A DNA stretch of 62,365 bases, filler included. It is 9 parts of 9 records of this genome, joined end to end, with 100 filler letters (N's around TTAATTAATTAA, not from the genome) between each part and the next. Parts side by side here need not be neighbours in the genome. Positions count along the whole stretch, not along the records: positions 1 to 6,668 come from DRR723986_35045; positions 6,769 to 12,961 come from DRR723986_35047; 7 more parts are not named here. One strand, 5' to 3'. This document shows, in pieces, positions 1-8,870 of this stretch. A program made the position numbers and the translations under genes. Position 1 is the stretch's first letter, and each line of letters begins with the position of its first letter. Under the pieces are notes generated by a model. The model saw nothing but the letters and a program-made list of their open reading frames with translations, searched no databases and was not told the origin of the DNA.

Positions 1-1
1 A

Positions 2-1069
2 AAGTATCCCGGTGCCGTCATTGCGATCACCCACGATAGGTACTTCCTGGACCACGTAGCGCAGTGGATTGCCGAAGTCGATCGGGGTCGCCTGTATCCC
101 TACGAAGGCAACTATTCGACCTATCTGGAAAAGAAGGCCGAGCGTCTCGAGGTCCAAGGTAAGAAAGATCAAAAGCTCGCCAAGCGCTTAGCTGATGAAC
201 TTGAGTGGGTTCGCTCCAATGCCAAAGGACGTCAGGCGAAATCGAAGGCTCGTCTGGCTCGCTATGAAGAAATGGCGACAGAGGCTGAGCGCACGAAGAA
301 GATGGACTTCGATGAAATCCAGATTCCACCGGGACCGCGTTTGGGTCAGATGGTGCTGGAAGCCAAGAACATCCGCAAAGGCTTCGGTGACCGGGTTCTC
401 ATTGACAACCTCAGCTTCACCCTTCCTCGAAACGGCATTGTGGGCATTATTGGCCCCAACGGTGTCGGAAAGACCACCCTGTTCAAAAGCATCGTGGGCA
501 TTGAGGAAATTGATGGTGGCGAGCTCACGGTGGGGGAGTCGGTCAAGCTCTCCTATGTCGACCAGGATCGATCAGGAATAGATTCTTCGAAGACCCTCTG
601 GGAGGTGGTTTCCGACGGTCTTGATGTGATCCAGGTGGGGAATGTTGAAATTCCTTCTCGAGCCTATGTATCAAGCTTTGGCTTCAAAGGCCCCGATCAA
701 CAAAAAAAGGCTGGAGTGCTCTCCGGTGGTGAGCGCAACCGCCTTAACCTCGCCTTGACTCTGAAGCAGGGTGGAAACCTTTTGCTTCTTGATGAGCCCA
801 CGAACGACCTGGATGTGGAGACTCTCTCGAGCCTGGAAAATGCGTTGCTGGAATTCCCCGGTTGTGCTGTGGTGATTACCCACGATCGCTGGTTCTTGGA
901 CCGGATTGCCACCCACATCCTGTCCTATGAAGGAACAGAGAAAGATCCCGCTGCGTGGTACTGGTTCGAAGGAAACTTCGAATCCTACGAGGCGAACAAG
1001 GTCGAGCGTTTAGGTGCAGATGCGGCTGCCCCGCACCGTTCCACCTATCGCAAACTCACGAGGGATTAG
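2..1069 (+). CDS. ettA: ABC-F ATPase, energy-dependent translational throttle EttA (5' truncated at window edge)
   Basis: Frame is open from position 2 ([17 protein letters not shown]). Second ABC domain has Walker [30 protein letters not shown] and [11 protein letters not shown]-terminus YRKLTR is typical of EttA. Confidence 0.93.
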   Translation, partial: KYPGAVIAITHDRYFLDHVAQWIAEVDRGRLYPYEGNYSTYLEKKAERLEVQGKKDQKLAKRLADELEWVRSNAKGRQAKSKARLARYEEMATEAERTKKMDFDEIQIPPGPRLGQMVLEAKNIRKGFGDRVLIDNLSFTLPRNGIVGIIGPNGVGKTTLFKSIVGIEEIDGGELTVGESVKLSYVDQDRSGIDSSKTLWEVVSDGLDVIQVGNVEIPSRAYVSSFGFKGPDQQKKAGVLSGGERNRLNLALTLKQGGNLLLLDEPTNDLDVETLSSLENALLEFPGCAVVITHDRWFLDRIATHILSYEGTEKDPAAWYWFEGNFESYEANKVERLGADAAAPHRSTYRKLTRD

Positions 1070-1955
1070 GAACGCGCACCATTCCTTCTTGAGCCACGGA
1101 GGCAATGAGTAAGCCTTCTTGAGAGAAGATTCGTCCCAGAGCCAGTCCACGTCCGCCTCGTGCCGACGGTGACTCTTGAACATAGAGGAACCACTCGTCT
1201 ACTCGATGGGGCCGATGCCACCACATGGCGTGGTCCAGGCTGGCTATTTTTAGCCCCGGCGTTGACCAGCTAATTCCATGAGCTCTCATCACCGGTTCCA
1301 AAATGCTGAAATCACTGGCATAGGCCAAGGCGGCTTGATGAAGGTGCGGGTCATCGGGCAGAGGTGAAAGGGCTTTGAGCCACACCGCCTGGTGTGCTGT
1401 TCTTTCGCGATCACCGTCGATGTATATCGGCGAAGGGTGGTGGCGCAGGTCAAAGGCTCGTGTGGTTGCCCACACATCAGCGAGAGGATGATTGATTTCC
1501 CGCAGCACTTCCTGAGCACTGGGTAGTGTCTCCGGGTCGGGAATGTTTTGGGGCATGGGGCTGAAGTGATCCACCCCGGGGTCGTCGTCTTGGAACGACG
1601 CAATCATGGAAAAGATGGGTTCCCCTTTTTGATACGCCTGAACCCGTCGGGTGGAAAACGATCGGCCATCGTGAATCCGATCTGCCGAGAGCGTGATGGC
1701 CTCGGTGATATCTCCGGGACGGAGGAAATAGCCGTGCAGCGAGTGAATGGTGCGCCCCTCGGGAATGGTGTGCATCGCGGCTAAGGCGGCCTGAGCCATG
1801 ACCTGTCCACCGAATACACGCCCATGGGGTTGCCACTGGCTAGGCGCGGTGAAGATATCCTCCCTGGTTCGGGCTTGGGATGTGGTCAGAGTCAAAGCCC
1901 CCAGCATGCTTTCCACGGGGTCGCTGGGTGGGGTGAGGTTATCTTTAGAGGTCAT
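1056..1955 (-). CDS. tesB: Acyl-CoA thioesterase II
   Basis: Motifs RVFGGQV, HSLHGYFLRPG, DGRSFSTRRV, SLDHAMWWHRP, ASVAQEG. Start placed at ATG 1955 (MTSKDN) behind a TANNNT -10 element. Confidence 0.92.
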   Translation of the reverse strand: MTSKDNLTPPSDPVESMLGALTLTTSQARTREDIFTAPSQWQPHGRVFGGQVMAQAALAAMHTIPEGRTIHSLHGYFLRPGDITEAITLSADRIHDGRSFSTRRVQAYQKGEPIFSMIASFQDDDPGVDHFSPMPQNIPDPETLPSAQEVLREINHPLADVWATTRAFDLRHHPSPIYIDGDRERTAHQAVWLKALSPLPDDPHLHQAALAYASDFSILEPVMRAHGISWSTPGLKIASLDHAMWWHRPHRVDEWFLYVQESPSARGGRGLALGRIFSQEGLLIASVAQEGMVRVPNPS

Positions 1956-1977
1956 CGGTTGTAGTTTAGAGAACACC

Positions 1978-2637
1978 ATGGCTCTCACACTTACTCTTTC
2001 ACCCTCGCAGGCTGTACTCGACGCTCAGGTTTTTTCAGAACGCGCTGCCCGCGTCAATAATGGATCGGCCCGATTGATTGCCCAGGGGGGCTTTCTTCAG
2101 GCTTATGTTGGTGTGTTGTTCCCTCGAGGACTGTTGGATCAAACCCCCACGGTGTTGGGTCTTCGCGTGTTTAAATTGGCCACCGCGGCAGAGTTTGATG
2201 TCGTCGTTCCCCTGGAATCTCTGATTCATCGCCTCGGTGTGGCCTCGGATAGTGGCGAAGCAGAATTCACGTTGCCGGCCGAGGTTGCGTCACTAGCCTG
2301 GGCAGCCATCACCCCTCCTCGAGAGGGTTGGCGTCGACGCAGGGGCATCGCAAGCTCGGCACTGCGCGATGCCGCGGCCGAGGGCGTGGCCAAAGTGGCC
2401 CAAGCGGTGCCTGAATCCATCGGTGAGTCGGTATTACAAAAAGTGCGTGCGGACATCTGGGGTACTGCCCTGGCTGATCATCAGCGAATTCCTGCCGGAG
2501 CTGCCTTTGCCGCTGACGCACTGGGTTTTCTCACCGATAAGAATATGCAGGTTCACACCGTGGGGAATTGGCTTCGACTGACCTCAGGCTCGGGGTATGT
2601 CGTGGTGAAGAAACCTGGTGGCGCAGCAGACTCCTAA
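1978..2637 (+). CDS. Conserved actinobacterial hypothetical protein
   Basis: ORF from ATG 1978 (MALTLTL). Contains WAAITPPREGW and PAGAAFAADALGFL, and sits between tesB and the globin as in other Actinobacteria. Confidence 0.75.
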   Translation: MALTLTLSPSQAVLDAQVFSERAARVNNGSARLIAQGGFLQAYVGVLFPRGLLDQTPTVLGLRVFKLATAAEFDVVVPLESLIHRLGVASDSGEAEFTLPAEVASLAWAAITPPREGWRRRRGIASSALRDAAAEGVAKVAQAVPESIGESVLQKVRADIWGTALADHQRIPAGAAFAADALGFLTDKNMQVHTVGNWLRLTSGSGYVVVKKPGGAADS

Positions 2638-3028
2638 GCCTCGAAAGTGTTCACCATCGACAACGCTGCGGATTCCAGATAGTTCGACAGTTCCGATTCA
2701 TCCATTGGGGCAAGGTTGAGTGTGGTGACAGCTGATCGCATGTGAACCAACCATCGTTCTTTGGCATGGGGGTTAATCGCAAAAGCGGCATGGCGCATCC
2801 GCAAGCGAGGGTGGCCTCGCTGCTCGCTATAGGTCGTGGGTCCACCAAAATACTGCTGAAGAAAATGTGACAGCCTCCATATGGCCCCCTCGATGTCCTC
2901 GCTGGGATACATAGGAGCTAAATCGGGGTCGTCCATGACACCGTCATAGAAGGCACGCACCAAAGCATCAAAGGTCGCCGCTCCGCCCACTCGGTGAAAC
3001 AGGCGCGAAGCCTCAGAGAGGTTGTCAC
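2634..3028 (-). CDS. glbO: Group II truncated hemoglobin (trHbO)
   Basis: Motifs FHRVGG, LVRAFYDGV, LQQYFGGPTTYSEQRGHPRLRMRH. GTG start at 3028 overlaps the MscS stop (GTGA). Confidence 0.9.
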
Positions 3029-3990
3029 TCATCGCTTGAGGAGGAAATCGGAGGAGTAACGCGGGCACCCTCGCCCCCTCGGCGGGTTCTGGAGCCTTCC
3101 ATTCCATCGACCACCATGCGATTGAGAGGAGGAATATCAACCTTGCGTTGATCCAGGGTTTCTTTGAGGGCTCGATACAGAGCGCGTTGCGCGGCCCACT
3201 GCTCACCGGCTCGCACCTTGATTACCAAGCGCAGGGTGATGGCCTCAGCGCTCAGTGATTGAACTCCCCACACCTCGGGATCCTCAATGACCTTGCGTCG
3301 CCAATCGCGACTTGCCGCGAAGGTTTGAGCGGATTCCAACAACAAGTTTTGAATCTCATCGATATTGGAGTCGTAGGGGACAGGCAGATCAAGGATCACT
3401 CGTGACCAATCTTGAGTGTGGTTTCCCACCCTGAGAATTTCGCCATTTCTGACAAACCAGAGTGTTCCTGAGACGTCTCTAATTTCTGTAACCCGAATCC
3501 CCACCCGCTCGACCACACCTTCGGCCATCCCCAAATCGACCACATCACCGACACCGAGTTGGTCTTCGAAGACCATGAAAAGACCATTGAGGACATCTTT
3601 CACGATGGATTGCGCGCCAAAACCGAGGGCGGCGCCGATGATGCCGGCGCTGGCCACGAGGGCCGTGACCGAGAAACCGAGTTCGGTTAGAATCAGGATA
3701 AATACAACGGAGACGATGATCCAGGTGGCAAAGTTATTCAGCACAGAACCCAGGGTTCGCGCTCGTTGCACAGATCGCATCGCCGCCACTGGGCTGGAGG
3801 ATAGTTCCCGGGTGTCATCTACTTTGTGTGTGCGCTTCACACCGGTCACCACACCGGCGACTACCCGGGTAATGAGGATGCGAACCACGACCGCGGTGAT
3901 ACCTCCGCCAATCAGAACCCCAATAATGCGAAACGTGGTGCTGTAGGTCGTGAGTGCCTCGATAAATGAATCCCAAGCGTCCATGCTCAC
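3025..3990 (-). CDS. Small-conductance mechanosensitive channel (MscS family)
   Basis: TM helices followed by ALGFGAQSIVKDVLNG, EDQLGVGDVVD, GVVERVGIRVT and WFVRNGEI. Confidence 0.92.
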   Translation of the reverse strand: MSMDAWDSFIEALTTYSTTFRIIGVLIGGGITAVVVRILITRVVAGVVTGVKRTHKVDDTRELSSSPVAAMRSVQRARTLGSVLNNFATWIIVSVVFILILTELGFSVTALVASAGIIGAALGFGAQSIVKDVLNGLFMVFEDQLGVGDVVDLGMAEGVVERVGIRVTEIRDVSGTLWFVRNGEILRVGNHTQDWSRVILDLPVPYDSNIDEIQNLLLESAQTFAASRDWRRKVIEDPEVWGVQSLSAEAITLRLVIKVRAGEQWAAQRALYRALKETLDQRKVDIPPLNRMVVDGMEGSRTRRGGEGARVTPPISSSSDE

Positions 3991-4020
3991 ATGCTACGCC
4001 CAGGCCCAGGGAGACGGTGA

Positions 4021-6573
4021 TTACTGCGCGGCGTCTAAAGCCTGAACCTTCAGTGCGCGTTCAACACCAGCAAGGTTTTCCTGAATCATCCGACGAAGAG
4101 CAGCGGGCTCGGGATGAGCATCTAGCCAAGTATTGGTGGCGTGGATGAGCTCGGGTCCCACTAGGGATCCTGGATAGAGTCCTTCGACGATATATTCCGC
4201 AATCTTGTAGGTTCGCTCCTCCCAGATGCGCTCCAGCACCGCAAAATACTGGGACACCAACGGTTGGAGAACCTGGGGGTCATTGACCACGTCATACCCC
4301 ACCGTGAGCGATCGCACAATCGCATTGGGCGTGTCGGCGGAGGAAACTAGCTGATCAAAGATGGCTTGCTTATCCGCAGTGGTGGGCAAATAGGACCGGG
4401 CTCGAGCGGCGGCCTGAGCGCCATTGGACGTGTTGTCACTCGATAGCGCTTCCTCAATGTCTGCGTTGTCGGCGCCACCTGCACTGGCCAGTCCAGCGAG
4501 CAGTTCCCAATCGAGGTCTTGGTCAATCACCAGCCCATCGAGCACCAGACTTCCCTCACGCAGGGCCATCAAGGTGGCGATGTGCTCGGGTGTTGAGGCG
4601 AGCGAGGCGAAAGCTCGGACAAGCTGGAATTGGTTATCGCTTCCCGAAGGTGCTTCGTGCGCGAGCTTCCAGAAAGCATCCGCGGTGGACACTACAGCAG
4701 CAGATCGGTTCTGGGGGGAGAGATACGAGCGAACAACCAGAGCAACCTGGGACAGTGCGGTGCGCACAGTGGTGCTTTCGGTTTCGGTGGCAATGTTGTT
4801 GAGGACTAAGTCGACAAATTCCCTCGGCGGCATTTGAGCATCTCGCGTGCTATCCCATGCGCTTGACCACACTAACGAGCGCGCCAAGGGGTCAGAAATA
4901 GCCTGAAGATTCTTGATGGCAAATGCCAGAGAGTCTGGGTCGAGTCGAATCTTGGCGTAGGCCAAATCCTCATCGTTGATGATGATGAGGTCCCCACGAG
5001 GCGCCCCCACCAGTTCCGGTACCTCGGTGGATTCGCCATCAATGTCCAATTCGATGCGGTGTGTTCTGACTACCGCACCGGTGCCATCGGCGGTGTAGAT
5101 TCCCACGCCCAGGCGATGGGGTCGCAAGGTGGGCCATTGTTCAGGAGCGCTTTGTCGGACGCTTAGGTGCGTGATGAGACCTTGTTCATCTACCGTGAGG
5201 TCTGGCCACAAGGTGTTGACCCCTGCGGTTTCCAGCCACAGTGCGCTCCAGTCGGAGAGGTCGCGCCCGCTGGTGTCTTCGAGTTCCGTGAGGAGATCGG
5301 CCAACACCGCGTTACCCCACTGGTGTTTCTCAAAGTACTGGTGCACTCCAGCAAAGAAGGCTTCTTCGCCAACCCACGCGACGAGTTGTTTGAGAACAGA
5401 GCCACCCTTGGCGTAGGTGATCCCGTCGAAATTGACCTGAACATCTTCAATGTCGTTGATCGTGGCGACGATGGGGTGCGTGGACGGTAACTGGTCTTGG
5501 CGGTAGGCCCATGATTTTTCCATGGCCTGGAATGTGGTCCAGGCGCCTGTCCACTCAGTGGCCTGCGCAGTAGCAATGGTAGAAGCCCATTCAGCAAAAG
5601 ATTCATTGAGCCAGAGATCATTCCACCAGCGCATGGTGACCAAATCCCCAAACCACATATGGGCGAGCTCATGGAGGATGGTGACGACCCGGCGTTCCCG
5701 CACTGCGTCGGTGACATGCGATCGGAAGATATAGCTTTCGGTGAATGTCACGGCGCCGGCATTTTCCATCGCTCCGGCATTGAACTCGGGGACAAAAAGC
5801 TGATCGTATTTCTCAAACGGGTATGCAACGCCAAACTTCTCTTCGAAGAAAGCGAAACCCTTGGCCGTGATGTCAAAGATGTAATCACTATCGAGATACT
5901 CAAAAAGTGACGCCCTCGCAAAAATCCCCAACGGGATCACTCGTTCGCTGGAACTGGTGAGTTCGCTGCGCACCTCGCGATAAGGCCCAGCAATCAGCGC
6001 GGTGATGTAGGAAGAAATGCGCGGGGTAGGAGAAAAGTCCCAGGTGTGCCCCTGCTCTATGGCCACCGGTGTGGGAGTGGGTTGGTTGCTGATGACTTGC
6101 CAATTCTCTGGGGCGTGAATAGTGAAATGGAAGGTCGCTTTGAGGTCAGGCTGTTCAAATACAGCGAACACCCGGCGAGAATCAGGGACCTCGAATTGAG
6201 AGTAAAGATAAATCTCGTCGTCGACAGGATCCACAAAACGATGAAGACCTTCACCGCTGTTGGTATACGAGAAATCTGCCACCACCTCGAGGGTGTTGGC
6301 AGAAGCGAGGGAGGGCAGCGTAATACGAGAATCGGCGAATACCGTGCTGGGATCCAAAGATTCTCCATTGAGGCTCACGCTGTGAACCTGGGAGGCAATC
6401 GCGTCGATGAACGTTGATTCCCCGGCTTCGGCCAGGAATGTCACGATGGTGCTGGTTCTAAAGGTGTCCGAGGTGGCCACCTTGCGCAGGTCGATCTCAA
6501 TGTCGTAGTTCTTGATCGTCAGCTGCGCCGAGCGGGTAAGAGCTTCGACTCGGGTTAGGTTCTCACCGGGCAC
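4021..6573 (-). CDS. pepN: Aminopeptidase N (M1 zinc metallopeptidase)
   Basis: GAMEN and HELAHMW...LWLNES motifs. Actinobacterial N-terminus MPGENLTR. Confidence 0.96.
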   Translation of the reverse strand: MPGENLTRVEALTRSAQLTIKNYDIEIDLRKVATSDTFRTSTIVTFLAEAGESTFIDAIASQVHSVSLNGESLDPSTVFADSRITLPSLASANTLEVVADFSYTNSGEGLHRFVDPVDDEIYLYSQFEVPDSRRVFAVFEQPDLKATFHFTIHAPENWQVISNQPTPTPVAIEQGHTWDFSPTPRISSYITALIAGPYREVRSELTSSSERVIPLGIFARASLFEYLDSDYIFDITAKGFAFFEEKFGVAYPFEKYDQLFVPEFNAGAMENAGAVTFTESYIFRSHVTDAVRERRVVTILHELAHMWFGDLVTMRWWNDLWLNESFAEWASTIATAQATEWTGAWTTFQAMEKSWAYRQDQLPSTHPIVATINDIEDVQVNFDGITYAKGGSVLKQLVAWVGEEAFFAGVHQYFEKHQWGNAVLADLLTELEDTSGRDLSDWSALWLETAGVNTLWPDLTVDEQGLITHLSVRQSAPEQWPTLRPHRLGVGIYTADGTGAVVRTHRIELDIDGESTEVPELVGAPRGDLIIINDEDLAYAKIRLDPDSLAFAIKNLQAISDPLARSLVWSSAWDSTRDAQMPPREFVDLVLNNIATETESTTVRTALSQVALVVRSYLSPQNRSAAVVSTADAFWKLAHEAPSGSDNQFQLVRAFASLASTPEHIATLMALREGSLVLDGLVIDQDLDWELLAGLASAGGADNADIEEALSSDNTSNGAQAAARARSYLPTTADKQAIFDQLVSSADTPNAIVRSLTVGYDVVNDPQVLQPLVSQYFAVLERIWEERTYKIAEYIVEGLYPGSLVGPELIHATNTWLDAHPEPAALRRMIQENLAGVERALKVQALDAAQ

Positions 6574-6668
6574 GTCATTCTCCTTGAGGAATCAGGCACT
6601 GCGTCATCACGTTGCCCAGCACTGTCTCGGCACCAATCCACAGCCGGAGAGTAAATCTGGGAGCTACT

Positions 6669-6768
6669 NNNNNNNNNNNNNNNNNNNNNNNNNNNNNNNN
6701 NNNNNNNNNNNNTTAATTAATTAANNNNNNNNNNNNNNNNNNNNNNNNNNNNNNNNNNNNNNNNNNNN
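6669..6768. other. Artificial contig spacer (N44-TTAATTAATTAA-N44)
   Basis: The same 100-nt linker with six-frame stops recurs at 12962-13061, 18088-18187, 30226-30325, 37485-37584, 43035-43134, 49367-49466 and 57106-57205. Genes are truncated or composition changes across these junctions. Confidence 0.99.
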
Positions 6769-6798
6769 ATAAATCCTGACCTAGTCTCGAAGTCAGGT
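6769..6798 (+). repeat. 30-bp terminal inverted repeat, left copy
   Basis: ATAAATCCTGACCTAGTCTCGAAGTCAGGT is the exact reverse complement of 12932-12961. Internal palindrome CCTGAC-N11-GTCAGG. Confidence 0.95.
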
Positions 6799-6840
6799 TG
6801 AAGGTTTTTAAAAGGGTCATTAATAGATTAAACGGCCTCA

Positions 6841-6965
6841 TTTCGACAGCTCTTCGACAGGCTCAGTGTATCAGCTCAATGCGACCTTGCCTTGTTACGT
6901 TAGACTGACCGCGTGTAGCTGAAGCTTTAGCGCCGCGCTTCGCCGGAGCTTCGCAAAGGCAAGGT
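6841..6965. repeat. Cluster of REP-like short palindromes
   Basis: TTCGACAG occurs twice (including CTTCGACAGGCTCAGTG), and there are GTAGCTGAAGCTTTAGC and CTTCGCCGGAGCTTCG hairpin-like motifs. The stretch is GC-rich within an AT-rich intergenic region. Confidence 0.5.
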
Positions 6966-7068
6966 GGCGCAGCCTTTTTATGTCAGGTAAAATCTACGTG
7001 ATTCACCTTATTTAGATGATGCTACAGGGCTATTATATTTGAAAAAAACAGATTAAACAAGATTAATT

Positions 7069-8847
7069 ATGAAAAATGTATTCCAGTTAATAGCCGGAAC
7101 GATATGTTTATTAATTGCGGCGAGCACAGTTATTGCACAAGACAAGGAGTATGTTCACTCTTTGGTTTATTTCAATGCAGATGGGAGTAAAAAATTAAGC
7201 AGTGGAACGAATCACTCGATTAAGTTTAACACATTAAAAGATTCTTGTGTTATGGTAGGCTACAGTAAAAAGCGAAACAATAACAATAAAATTGTCTACC
7301 AGTACCGCATGCAAAACATGGCTGAGGGCAAGTATATTGGTGAAAAAATATCAGAGTATAATGTAGACATTAACAATCCGTTTATAGGAGACGGATTAAT
7401 TGTAAACAATTCAAATCCTAGCATTTTTAATGCTGATGGTAGTGTTTGGCTCTCTTTTTCAGACCTAAAACAAAAAGTGTTTTGGGGAGATGCTATGAAA
7501 GGGCATAAAATATGGAAGAAGGTTGACGGTAAAAACATCAATAATTACTGGGTCAGTAACTTTCATGATGGGGTAGCGGCAGTAGGACTAAAGATTGAAG
7601 ACCCTAAGTACGGAGATATTATCATCCACCTTATTGGTCGACTTCATAAAAAAGACAAATCTTTTGAAGCTCTGAAAAAGCCAATCAATACAGAGCGTAC
7701 TTCAACGTTTATTTCAGGATTTACAGAAGAGGGTTATTTGGTTTGCGGCAAAAAAGTGGATAGCAGAAAAGTGTACAACACAAATCTCGAATCCGTTAGC
7801 AGTAAGGTCTTTGTGAAAAGTTTAGATGAATATCCGAATTTGAAATTCAACAAAAAATATTTTGTCAGCGGTGTATCGCACCGATTAAAAGTTCAAGGCC
7901 AGATGTATGCTTACAATGAGTTTGTTGAGCAAGAAAAGTGGATGCAAGTTTCTTTTCCATCAACAAAAAAAGAGGACAAGGCTGGCCTTAGTAAACACAA
8001 TTTCATTAATAAAGAAGGTGAATTCTTGCTAGCGGAATCGTATTTAGCCAGTAATAAAACAAGCTATAGTCGGCAATTTTTAAACGGTAAAGTGACTGTA
8101 AACTTGAATGGAAAATTTGTGGAATTAAATACAAAAGGTGAAGTAACTTTTACTTTTCCTGAAGGTACGATAGACGCAACTTCATTTAGAGAAGGCGTTG
8201 CCTTGATTGAAACCGACAAAGGGGTGAGTATGATAAATGAAAAAAGTGAAATCATAAGACCTTGGGTAGCGGATTGGACATTGTCACCGAATTTTGTATT
8301 TCCTGTCCCTTCTTTTCATGCGATAAATGATGAAGGCTTGGCGATTGTTGGCGTAAAATCTGAAAGAAAAACTATTGTGATAGATACTGACTTTAAAATC
8401 ATTGAGAATAATACTTATGGAAACTCAGATTATTGGTTGTATGACAGTAAGTGGATTAAGGTTTCGACATCTAGAAAGAGTTCAACACCTGAAAAAGATT
8501 ACACGAAATCCTATCCTCCAAACTTTGTTGGTAGAGGCACGCTAAAAAATGATGAAGTAAAAATAAGCACGGGTTTCATTCCTAATGGATCAGGTATTGT
8601 TGATGACAACCAAACCGAAAAATGGTACATACATAATATGAGTTCAGAGAAGGTGAAAGTTAAAATTAAATTTGATTATTCTGATCGCAATACTGGCTAC
8701 AGTGATGGGGCATTGATTTTTATGAAAGAGCTGGAACCAGGTGAATTAGGGTATATAGATCCCGGTCCAATTCCTGGAGTATTAAAAGCTTCACAGTCAA
8801 CTCATGCTGAACGAAGCGCTAAAGTGACATGGTGGATTGATGAATAG
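7069..8847 (+). CDS. Secreted WG-repeat-like protein
   Basis: Signal peptide ending VIA-QD. Repeated motifs NFHDGVAAV, GFTEEGY, FINKEGE, QFLNGKVTV, SFREGVALI. Bacteroidota -7 promoter TATATTTG at about 7034. Confidence 0.7.
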   Translation: MKNVFQLIAGTICLLIAASTVIAQDKEYVHSLVYFNADGSKKLSSGTNHSIKFNTLKDSCVMVGYSKKRNNNNKIVYQYRMQNMAEGKYIGEKISEYNVDINNPFIGDGLIVNNSNPSIFNADGSVWLSFSDLKQKVFWGDAMKGHKIWKKVDGKNINNYWVSNFHDGVAAVGLKIEDPKYGDIIIHLIGRLHKKDKSFEALKKPINTERTSTFISGFTEEGYLVCGKKVDSRKVYNTNLESVSSKVFVKSLDEYPNLKFNKKYFVSGVSHRLKVQGQMYAYNEFVEQEKWMQVSFPSTKKEDKAGLSKHNFINKEGEFLLAESYLASNKTSYSRQFLNGKVTVNLNGKFVELNTKGEVTFTFPEGTIDATSFREGVALIETDKGVSMINEKSEIIRPWVADWTLSPNFVFPVPSFHAINDEGLAIVGVKSERKTIVIDTDFKIIENNTYGNSDYWLYDSKWIKVSTSRKSSTPEKDYTKSYPPNFVGRGTLKNDEVKISTGFIPNGSGIVDDNQTEKWYIHNMSSEKVKVKIKFDYSDRNTGYSDGALIFMKELEPGELGYIDPGPIPGVLKASQSTHAERSAKVTWWIDE

Positions 8848-8870
8848 GATGATGATCACATCAAATACGT

